NCBI GenBank assembly: GCA_027001995.1
Contig: JALTLO010000022.1
Coordinates: 65,984 to 85,975 of the forward strand
Source of the DNA: Planctomycetota bacterium
Lineage (GTDB): Bacteria; Planctomycetota; GCA-002687715; DRQF01
Length of the DNA: 19,992 nt
Direction: 5' to 3'
In this document: piece after piece, positions 8,601-15,658 of the stretch
Numbering within the stretch: position 1 is the stretch's first letter
How the letters are laid out: every line of letters begins with the position of its first letter
The notes under the pieces: model-generated
Database searches by the model: none
Told to the model about the DNA's origin: nothing
Seen by the model: only the letters and a program-made list of their open reading frames with translations
Position numbers and translations under genes: made by a program

Positions 8601-9573
8601 TGGGGTCTGGGAAACAGACGAGGAGATCACATCCGTCTACTTGGATTCCATGGGCTATGTATACTCAGGGAAACATCAAGGTAGAAGAATCGATGGCCTC
8701 TACCAAGCGGCCATTCAAGGCACGGACACCATCGTTCGAGTCTGGGCTTCCAACATGACCAGCCAACTGTCAAACCATCACGCCTACGAATACTTAGGAG
8801 GCTTGAGCATGGCAGTGAAAGCTCTATCAGGCAAGGAGCCCGAGGCTTTCATCGCCGACGTACGCGACCCAGAGGGCGCGCAAATGCGGTCCTTTGAAGA
8901 AGTCCTCTCCTCTAATCTCCACAGCGAGCTTCTCAATCGTCGATGGATAGAAGGCATGAAGAACCACGGTTATGCCGGCGCCGGCATGATGGCCGAACTC
9001 GTCAAGAACACATTCGGCTGGGACGTCACGCGGTCCTCGTCGGTCCCAGAATCCGTCTGGGGCGAAATCGACTCTGTCTATTTGAAAGACCGCTACGAGC
9101 TTGGCCTCAAAGAATGGTTCGATGAGGCGAACCCCCACGCACTCCAAGAAATTGCGGCGACCATGCTGGAGGCCATTCGAAAAGACTATTGGCAAGCAAG
9201 TAAGGAGACGCGCCACCGCATCGCTCAGGTTTACGCCGAAAGTGTTGTCGCCCACGATCTGTCAGCGGGCCTGATAACTGGAGGCAACAAGAATCTTGAG
9301 AAGCTTGTAAGACAAGAACTCAGTGGGCCAGGAGACGCCAGCCTCCAGGCTGCCTTCGACCAAGCCATGTCTCAGACTAGCGAAGAGGACTCAACCCAAA
9401 AAGAGGCCGGCGAAGAAACGGTCTATGGGCCAACCTTAGAAGAAACTGAGAGCCATGATGCGCCAGCAACAAAGGGCCGCTCCGTATTCTCCCCCTTAGC
9501 CTGGATCGGCGGCGTTCTCTTTCTTGTTTTCCTCATCTTGGGATATCGTCGAAAGACCGGAGGCATCGTTTGA
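5632..9573 (+). CDS. CobN/magnesium chelatase H family protein, exported and membrane-anchored (HmuS/BtuS/PA1923-like)
   Basis: Family motifs KIALIYYN, GNVVLAPQP, PPPYNYLAFYWWL, HFGTHGSLELLPGK, PGPGPDPIRNP..IPGGRNLY, LLGVQPVW and WIEGMKNHGYAGA. N-terminal hydrophobic signal and C-terminal TM helix. Start uncertain (GTG 5566, TTG 5632 or TTG 5662); the track start at 5503 overlaps the receptor gene and is unlikely. Confidence 0.9.
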   Translation: MHDGVSSLRHLGLIIIVLTLSFALDLKAQDTPITFVGIWDRARPLVERAARETKTSVRFLPGEISSEDIASAINMPNLMLLLNIRPKSAMNLMAQLARVPHPQVRLVQLDQRDGHAGLLKSDFMVQNPEVRAYWKANGLVNMKRLLVYLKDHYLGQPGKIEPPAVIPDHGFYRPGQDELISNLDELKKKSPWKENAPKAAVLIQQSFWITRDVRVIDAMIHALEKEGFNVATLFSENQAWMRNALTDFQADILIEDRHGSPWKDAKGNLLSSLGAPYLRPISMLAYTIDEWRADPQGLAVRDRTMFMALQEIHGTIEPMVVGGLVHSVRGFKLHEPIPNQINTFAKRAKKWAILRAKKTSERKIALIYYNKSLGKSDVMRGSPTGAFLDMPKSMASFLNAMKSAGYHLPSPPSSGEKLLEVAMNRGRNLGPWAQAELEKTVDAGDVVLIPAKKFRKWLGKKLDPVHLASLKEHFGPAPGKIMVVTRNGEEQIVLPVIRFGNVVLAPQPERGSKQDRALLHSREVPPPYNYLAFYWWLEEEFGADAICHFGTHGSLELLPGKEAGLTDRDWGAICLSTLPVVNLWIMDNLGEASLSRRRSFALLSDHMPPPAVQSGLHDSLRSLHEDIHKFNSLETGILRREFRKRIADKAEAQGLLVALGLERDEKQLLSDEEIERVGDQLHDIEQTTTPMTLHVLGQPVNDELMASYLVSCLRQKFIDAVDAMQKLKVKETSASKHDYQSTYEAALGWVDRCILKNENPPASLRSFIVKGRHIHQNILRAQEEVIGLLRGLDGHYLDPGPGPDPIRNPKSIPGGRNLYGLNPEEIPTRPSWEVAKILVDELLATKNPTKVGLDLNGMNTMRDFGVMEGQIFYLLGVQPVWNESEIVVDVKLIPREQLGRDRVDVFIALGGTYKENFPSRVKLLDKAVRLASRSPENSNGVRAGTKRQESALLKHGFSETRAKTLSLARIFGSKPGEISGTKILDLVPRSGVWETDEEITSVYLDSMGYVYSGKHQGRRIDGLYQAAIQGTDTIVRVWASNMTSQLSNHHAYEYLGGLSMAVKALSGKEPEAFIADVRDPEGAQMRSFEEVLSSNLHSELLNRRWIEGMKNHGYAGAGMMAELVKNTFGWDVTRSSSVPESVWGEIDSVYLKDRYELGLKEWFDEANPHALQEIAATMLEAIRKDYWQASKETRHRIAQVYAESVVAHDLSAGLITGGNKNLEKLVRQELSGPGDASLQAAFDQAMSQTSEEDSTQKEAGEETVYGPTLEETESHDAPATKGRSVFSPLAWIGGVLFLVFLILGYRRKTGGIV

Positions 9574-10139
9574 CTGACTCGATTGTAGAAATCCTCTTCC
9601 TGACCTCCTGGGCTCTGCTCTACCCCACGATGATTCTGCTTCTTCTTGGATTGCTCTATGCCTTTGTGCTTCTCGGAGGATTTCTGAGCGAAGCAAGGAG
9701 TCGGCGACACTGTTCCAAGGCATTCCGGAATCAACTTAATTCTCTTCGTTGCCCTCCCGGCGAGCGTATCCATGTGAAACTAGATTCCGCCACTCCGGCG
9801 TTGGTAACTCGAGGGCTCCATCAACACGCCACGGGATTGGACAAGGAAAAGTGTCTCGGCGATCTTGAGATCGTTGCTCGCAGAGCTCTGGCCCGGCTCA
9901 CAATTGGGATTCGTGTAGCCCCAATCCTTGGTCTTGCTGGAACACTCATCCCCTTGGGACCCGCGCTCATGGCGCTCTCAGCGGGAGACACAGAAACCCT
10001 ATCTCAAAAACTGGTCGTAGCCTTCTCTACTTCCGTAGTTGGGCTATTCATTAGCGGCCTTTGTTATGTCATGCATAGCTTCAGGAAAAGTTGGTATTCT
10101 CAAGACTTGCTGGACATACAGTATCTCTTTGGGGTGTGA
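9570..10139 (+). CDS. MotA/TolQ/ExbB proton channel family protein (HmuU-like)
   Basis: TTGA overlap with the upstream stop. N-terminal TM, then APILGLAGTLIPLGPALMAL and LVVAFSTSVVGL helices typical of the family. Confidence 0.9.
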   Translation: MTDSIVEILFLTSWALLYPTMILLLLGLLYAFVLLGGFLSEARSRRHCSKAFRNQLNSLRCPPGERIHVKLDSATPALVTRGLHQHATGLDKEKCLGDLEIVARRALARLTIGIRVAPILGLAGTLIPLGPALMALSAGDTETLSQKLVVAFSTSVVGLFISGLCYVMHSFRKSWYSQDLLDIQYLFGV

Positions 10140-10180
10140 CAGAGATTTGGCTAGGGCCAATCCTATTCGAGAGAAGAAAA

Positions 10181-10516
10181 ATGAAACGACGACAGTGGCT
10201 CCAAGATGAAGAAGACGAAGACCCCCTTTCTGGCGTTGCCAACTTCTTCGACTTGGGTGTCGTTTTCGCACTTGGTTTCATGGTGGCAATTCTGAACTTC
10301 ATCGGACTTGCTGAAATCCTCAGTCAAAACGACACCACCTTGGTTAAAGACCCAGGGACCCCAGAAATGGAAATCATCCAAAAAAAGGGGCGCACCATCA
10401 CAAAGTTTCGAGTCTCGGCCAAGAAAATCGGTGGTGAAGGAACACGACTGGGTACGGCGTATCGCTTGAAGTCAGGAGAAGTTGTCTACATCCCAGAAGA
10501 GACCGACGCCAAATAG
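10181..10516 (+). CDS. DUF2149 family protein (HmuV-like)
   Basis: Signature DEDPLSGVANFFD plus TM, VKDPGTPEMEII, and C-terminal GEGTRLGTAYRLKSGEVVYIPE. ATG 10181 follows a purine-rich GAGAGAAG and is preferred over the track start; 111 aa. Confidence 0.88.
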   Translation: MKRRQWLQDEEDEDPLSGVANFFDLGVVFALGFMVAILNFIGLAEILSQNDTTLVKDPGTPEMEIIQKKGRTITKFRVSAKKIGGEGTRLGTAYRLKSGEVVYIPEETDAK

Positions 10517-10541
10517 CTCAGCTTCCAAGGAAACACCAAGT

Positions 10542-12473
10542 TCACCTAGAACGTGATTCGATTTCAGACAAGACCTGAGCGAAAGGGCGCCCTTCCAAGC
10601 AGCCATATTGATCGTGATTTTTAAGCCGTGCACGACCGATGGCTGGAGATGCCAAGCCACAAAGAAAGCGAGCTAAGGACCTGGGAGAATTCAACACTTC
10701 AGGAGCACAATCAACAATACTCGATAACTCTGGCAGGACGATCTCGACTTCTTGATCATCAAACGGGGGTTTCCCGACTTCTTCGCCCAAACAAGCACTG
10801 CAATGTCCACAGGATTCCTCACGTTCCTCAGTGAAGTACTTCGCCAAGGTATTGACCAAGCAGTTTCTTGACTGCAAGAGATCAACCATGGCATGGAGGC
10901 GATCAACGTCACGCTCTTCCCGGTGCAGGAGTTTTTGATGAAAAACACGAGCCACTGAAGCCACATTTTCTGGCCGACGCAAGACTTGGAAGCAGTGGCG
11001 GACCGCGCTGGCCTCCAGATTGAACAGCCCTTTCTCGCTCAGTTCATTTAACAAGCGGACAATGGTGGCCCGTTCGACACCCAGCTTGGTTGCAGCGCTC
11101 GCCGCATCCAAAGTGAACCACTTCCGACCTTTCTTGGATTGTTTGAAGACTTCGGCCAAAAAAGGTCGTTTCTCAGGTTCATACAGTTCCATGATTTCCC
11201 TCGAGGAGAACAATGGAATAAATCGATAGCTGGAGTAAATGGGCGTCCCACCCTCCAAATAGCCATCAAGTTCTAAGTAGACCAAGATAGTCCGAAGCAC
11301 AAGGATGCGAATGTCGTGAGCTGATGACAAAGAATGAAGAGCAAGCTCTAAACGGTCGTCCTGGAAAAAAATCTCTTCGAGAAAACTGCCGACTGACGAG
11401 AGCGACGGCGTGTCCCCGTAAGCAAAATTCTCAAGAGTTGTCAGGTCTTCACGGCAGTAAAACGTCACGCAGCGGGACGACAACCCATCTCGACCAGCCC
11501 TCCCGATCTCTTGTGAGTAGCTTTCAAAGCTCTTTGATAGATTGTAGTGATGAACGTAGCGAATATCAGACTTATCGATCCCCATACCGAAAGCAATCGT
11601 CGCCACAACAACACCGTCCTTGGAGGTCAAGAACCATTCTTGAGTCGCCTGGCGATCTTCCGATTTCATTCCCGCATGGTAGTGTTTGGCTTCCCGCCCA
11701 GATTCTCGGAGCATCTGAGCAACTCGCTCCGCCGTTTTCTGAATCGAGACATAGATGATTGTCGGGCCAGAAGGATGAGCATTCAGCTCATCAACAAGAC
11801 TCTCATCCCGTTCCGCGATTGTAGGGCGCTTGACATGAATACTGAGATTCGGGCGATAGAATCCTGTTCGCACCGAACAACTCGGATCAATCTCAAAGAG
11901 TTCGCAGATCTCTTTGAGAACAGGAGCGGTAGCCGTGGCGGTGAGTGCAAAGACTCTTTCCGCTCCAACCTTCTTGCTGAATTCAGCCAATTTCAAATAG
12001 TCAGGGCGAAAGTTGTGCCCCCACTCTGAAATGCAATGAGCTTCATCAACGGCGAAAAGCGCAATGTGCTGATTCTGGATGAATTGTCGAAAGCGCTCAT
12101 TGTTGAAGCGCTCAGGAGAGACATAGAGCAGGCGGATGCGCCCGTTGCGGATGCCATCCATAGCCGCACGGTAGGCAACCTCGTCAAGGGAAGAATCCAA
12201 GCGGACCGCCCCAATTCCCAACTGGGTCAGGGCATCAACCTGATCCTTCATCAGAGCGATGAGGGGTGAAACGACCACCGTCAAACCATCAAGAGCCAAG
12301 GCTGGCAATTGATAACAGACGGACTTCCCACCCCCAGTGGGGAACACCGCCGCCGCGGAATTGCCTCTCAACAAATGCCCGATTACCTCCTCTTGCCCTG
12401 GTTTGAATTGGTCATACCCAAATGAATCCTTGAGAAGCTTCAGGGCTTGGTTGCTCGGGCTATTGGAACTCAT
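10542..12473 (-). CDS. recQ: RecQ family ATP-dependent DNA helicase
   Basis: PTGGGKSVCYQLP, VDEAHCISEWGHNFRPDY, ALTATA, ATIAFGMGIDK, YSQEIGRAGRDG and a Zn-binding C...CGHCSAC. No recognisable HRDC domain. GGAG lies upstream of the ATG. Confidence 0.95.
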   Translation of the reverse strand: MSSNSPSNQALKLLKDSFGYDQFKPGQEEVIGHLLRGNSAAAVFPTGGGKSVCYQLPALALDGLTVVVSPLIALMKDQVDALTQLGIGAVRLDSSLDEVAYRAAMDGIRNGRIRLLYVSPERFNNERFRQFIQNQHIALFAVDEAHCISEWGHNFRPDYLKLAEFSKKVGAERVFALTATATAPVLKEICELFEIDPSCSVRTGFYRPNLSIHVKRPTIAERDESLVDELNAHPSGPTIIYVSIQKTAERVAQMLRESGREAKHYHAGMKSEDRQATQEWFLTSKDGVVVATIAFGMGIDKSDIRYVHHYNLSKSFESYSQEIGRAGRDGLSSRCVTFYCREDLTTLENFAYGDTPSLSSVGSFLEEIFFQDDRLELALHSLSSAHDIRILVLRTILVYLELDGYLEGGTPIYSSYRFIPLFSSREIMELYEPEKRPFLAEVFKQSKKGRKWFTLDAASAATKLGVERATIVRLLNELSEKGLFNLEASAVRHCFQVLRRPENVASVARVFHQKLLHREERDVDRLHAMVDLLQSRNCLVNTLAKYFTEEREESCGHCSACLGEEVGKPPFDDQEVEIVLPELSSIVDCAPEVLNSPRSLARFLCGLASPAIGRARLKNHDQYGCLEGRPFAQVLSEIESRSR

Positions 12474-12694
12474 GTCGACTCCGAAGGAAGATTGTCAGCA
12501 TCAATAGCATAGACGCCGAAAAGGAACCGGCTGACCTAAGATAACGAGAAAATCTGCTGTCCCAGGAAGAAAAATCACCACGCTGCAACCATCACTCCAA
12601 TCGGCGGAGTCTTGGGCAAGAATGCAGCAAAGCAGTTCAGAAACACAACAGATAGACACCTTGTCAACTGCAATTCAGCCATCTTGGTTAGTTT

Positions 12695-13000
12695 CTAAGA
12701 ATCTCCGCCCCCTTCTTCCCCAATAGAACGGGCCAGGGAAACAAGGAGATCCAAGGAAGGCGTGCTGACTTCAAAACTGTCTCGTAAGGAGTCATGACTC
12801 TGGTACAAGACGGACCCCCAGCCTTGAGAAAGTCCTTTGCATCCAGTGCCTTGACGAAGTCATCAACGCGCTCATTATCCGTGGCAACATGGTGGGCGCG
12901 CCGATAGAGCAAGGGTGATAATGATTCGTGAGCCTCTTCCAGTTCCTTAGCCTTGAGTTCGCATAACTTCCCCAAACCAAAATGAGCTGCTAACGCCTCC
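12695..13000 (-). pseudogene. galK: Galactokinase C-terminal remnant, frameshifted and truncated
   Basis: Frame A reads EALAAHFGLGKLCELKAKELEEAHESLSPLLYRRAHHVATDNERVDDFVKALDAKDFLKAG. After a shift at the C5 run (12815-12819) it reads VLYQSHDSLRDSFEVSTPSLDLLVSLARSIGEEGGGDS*. This matches the GalK pattern RRARHV..EN.R / SH.SLRDDFEVS..ELD.LV, but it stops before ARMTGGGFGG and has no intact N-terminal domain. Confidence 0.82.
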
Positions 13001-13488
13001 CACAGCCCCAGTCCCTCCGAAAGAACTCACGATGGCAACATGATCGAGTCTTCATCTAGGAGATAGGTACCTTTACTGCTTCTATGGAGCTGTCAAACTC
13101 ATTCATAGGTGTGTTCAACACCGGAGAATGACCCACTGCGGAGTCACCCAAGGGGCACTCTACAAAGCAGACGCGGACCTGTCTAAACAGCCATGCGGTC
13201 ATCTGGGGCGAACACCAAAGTCATGAAACATCTCTCCGATTGCTTCATTTCATGGGCCTGAGCGATTTGGGGAGCTGCTGCCAAGGGCAGACGACAACAT
13301 GTTGAGCTCATCCCGATAAGTTGTTGACCCAGAGTCACTTGGAACAGTGAAGAACGAGAGGACTTAGGCACCATCTAAGACCACAAAGGCCTCCAGCGCA
13401 AGTTCGAAAAGTGGAGTGTGCAAATTGCTTACCATGGGCTATCATGGCGATGTTGTTCATTGCTGCCAAACCATTGTCGGAGAAAATC

Positions 13489-13926
13489 ATGAAGCATCTA
13501 ACCCTCACTGTTGTCGTTCTATGTGCCCTCGGAAGTATATCTTCTGCCCAAAGTTGTTCCGACCTGTCTATCGGCGGCACCATGACTGCCGGTGGAGATC
13601 TGACATTCTCAGTAACAGGGAACGCCCCTTTCGCCCCAGTATTCCTATTGGGAAGCGACATGGCTGGGACAACAGACATTGGCGGCGTCATTACCCTGGG
13701 CATTGTCAATCCTCTGGCGCCTTTCTTGAACCTGCAAGCAGATTTCTCCGGAAACGCGACAGCCAACATTGGACTTCCACCTATGCTGCCTCCGAATTTG
13801 GCAGGTTTTGACATCTATGTCCAAGCGTTGTCATTGGACTTCCTGGGATCAACCCCGACACCTTCTGGCAACATTTTGCCCTTTGGGATCTGCCTCTCGG
13901 ACGTCGAGTCGTTTCAGTTGAATTAG
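13489..13926 (+). CDS. Small secreted hypothetical protein, predicted beta-rich (145 aa)
   Basis: GGAG followed by ATG at 13489; signal peptide MKHLTLTVVVLCALGSISSA|Q. The mature part is rich in Gly, Pro and hydrophobic residues with two Cys, and a strong terminator follows. Confidence 0.8.
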   Translation: MKHLTLTVVVLCALGSISSAQSCSDLSIGGTMTAGGDLTFSVTGNAPFAPVFLLGSDMAGTTDIGGVITLGIVNPLAPFLNLQADFSGNATANIGLPPMLPPNLAGFDIYVQALSLDFLGSTPTPSGNILPFGICLSDVESFQLN

Positions 13927-13951
13927 AATTCCATCGAGTCGAACGCCTTAG

Positions 13952-13986
13952 AAAAAAGACCATCCTCAAAGGAGGATGGTCTTTTT
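13952..13986. terminator. Bidirectional intrinsic terminator
   Basis: AAAAAA-GACCATCCTC-AAAG-GAGGATGGTC-TTTTT: a perfect 10-bp stem with A and T tracts on both sides, between convergent genes. Confidence 0.92.
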
Positions 13987-14020
13987 CATACCCACAAATC
14001 GATGGTGTCAGAGCAGAACC

Positions 14021-15658
14021 TTACTTGCCATCAGCGCCCACTTCATCTTGAGCAGGCTTAACCAAGTCCTTTCGACTGAGGTGAAGTTTATCGAAGCTGG
14101 CAGCATCAATCACATAGTACCAAGGGCCGAAACGTTGGCTCAGTTTCTCCGCTTCCTTAGTCCCTTCGTCCACGTCTTTCTTAAACTCAGCCCATTTGTC
14201 GAATAACTTCTGATGTTGCTCTTCGTCCTCAAGCTTAAGTGAGCTCAGGTCGCTCCCATTGCCAACCCCACCTGGGGCTTTATCTTCTCCCAAGGAGAGA
14301 ACTTCGAACTTCTCGCCCTCAAGAACACGATAGGTCAAATCATTGGCCCATGGATCCTGTTCAAGAGTCTTGAGATAAGGCGAGTCTCCCTTTGTCAATT
14401 CAGCCAAGTTTTCAGGCAACTTCTTCTCAGCGGACAGGTAGGCATTGACGGCGGCAACCACCGTTTGAATCTGGGCAGCCGCCTTCTTACGGTCAGCGAT
14501 TTGATCTTCGCTCAGAGCAGGCTTTTCTGGACGATGGAGCGAAGCCTCGTTGAAGCGCACGCTCACCATCAAGAAACGATTAGGTTTCTGTCCTTCTTTC
14601 TTAGCTTCTTCCCCACCCTTGCCTTCGTCTTTAGCACCTGCGGTCAGCGCTTCGCCTTTGCCCCAGAGGACCTCCCCAAACCTAAGGGTATATTCCACCC
14701 CCAAGTCCGTGGTGACGATCAAATCACCCTCGTTCGAATAGATCTTGTCATTGGGACCAGGAAAGAACCCGCGGGAAACCAAGCTCTCAAGAGCGGCACG
14801 ACCTGCCATTCCTTTCTTGATATTGAGATGGGCATCAATCCCCTCTGGTTTGGCTCGCACGCCAACGATTTTGAGGTTATCAAGTTCGCTTGTCACTTCC
14901 TTGAACTTGTCCTCATCAAAGGTTTCATCACTCCCGAGAGAAGCGATGGACCACTTGCTGTCCTTCTTCTCCACCAGGATCTTTTCGCCCATCTCAACGC
15001 GCCCAGTACTTTCGTTGACACTGTAGTTATCAAACAAGACTTGGCTCAACTTCCAGGCATCAAGTTCCAGAAGATCGGTGTCGATCCATTCAGAGAACTG
15101 GGTATGAACCTCTGCAGGGATCTTTGCCATGTAGGTTCTTTTCTTCCCAGGAAGACGCACAAAACGCATGCCATCACGGCCTTCAACTTCTTTGCCAACA
15201 ATGAGGGAGGCCAAAGCTTCTCCCGTCTTATCGCGGAACGTCACCAATGTTCCAATCCCCTTATTGGAGGCATCTGCGTCGGCAGGATTCACCACCCCTA
15301 AGGCCTCATAATCGGCCGCTTTATCGGATCGAATAGAAGATTTCTTCAGTCCAATGAGAAGCCCAGCCGCCTTGGCCATGCGAGTCTTGGCATCTGCGGG
15401 ATAGTCGCTGTGGGAAGGAATCGTCCAACGACCGTCCTTGAAATTCACAACAAAAGTATCTGGCGAGGCAGTCGATTCATCGAACTCCGTGATCTCAAGT
15501 TTGGCAACCTGATCTGGGTCAGTGAAATCGGAGAAGAATATTGCACCTTCGTCGTTATAGAAAGCTGGGTCAATGCTCTTGGGGCCAGATAGAACAGCCG
15601 CAAGAACAACAAGCCCGGCGACACCCACAAAAATTCCAGTTTTGACATTTTCGTTCAT
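14021..15658 (-). CDS. DUF4340 domain protein with an inserted GspG pseudopilin-like (T2SSG) domain
   Basis: N-terminal TM; DUF4340-type motifs DGRWTIPSHSDYPAD, LASLIVGK, FVRLPG, FSEWIDTDLL, GVEYTLRFG and RFGPWYYVI; position downstream of a GldG-like gene. The insert contains DPWAND..Y and FEVLSLGEDKAPGGVGNGSDL. Confidence 0.8.
   Translation of the reverse strand: MNENVKTGIFVGVAGLVVLAAVLSGPKSIDPAFYNDEGAIFFSDFTDPDQVAKLEITEFDESTASPDTFVVNFKDGRWTIPSHSDYPADAKTRMAKAAGLLIGLKKSSIRSDKAADYEALGVVNPADADASNKGIGTLVTFRDKTGEALASLIVGKEVEGRDGMRFVRLPGKKRTYMAKIPAEVHTQFSEWIDTDLLELDAWKLSQVLFDNYSVNESTGRVEMGEKILVEKKDSKWSIASLGSDETFDEDKFKEVTSELDNLKIVGVRAKPEGIDAHLNIKKGMAGRAALESLVSRGFFPGPNDKIYSNEGDLIVTTDLGVEYTLRFGEVLWGKGEALTAGAKDEGKGGEEAKKEGQKPNRFLMVSVRFNEASLHRPEKPALSEDQIADRKKAAAQIQTVVAAVNAYLSAEKKLPENLAELTKGDSPYLKTLEQDPWANDLTYRVLEGEKFEVLSLGEDKAPGGVGNGSDLSSLKLEDEEQHQKLFDKWAEFKKDVDEGTKEAEKLSQRFGPWYYVIDAASFDKLHLSRKDLVKPAQDEVGADGK

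Noticed and set aside
5632..9573. Calling this gene biosynthetic cobN or bchH/chlH, implying B12 or chlorophyll synthesis
   Set aside because: The export signal, membrane anchor, ExbB/DUF2149 context and absence of ATPase subunits or pathway genes argue against it.
13183..13374. 63-aa minus-strand ORF, and a plus-strand ATGAAACATCTC (MKHL) echoing the start of the gene at 13489
   Set aside because: The ORF has no motifs; the MKHL echo covers only four codons and hits a stop soon after, so chance cannot be excluded.
14465..15301. 278-aa plus-strand ORF, and similar antisense ORFs within the receptor, CobN-like, recQ and ABC genes
   Set aside because: They lie fully antisense to well-supported genes and are best explained by codon-structure shadowing.
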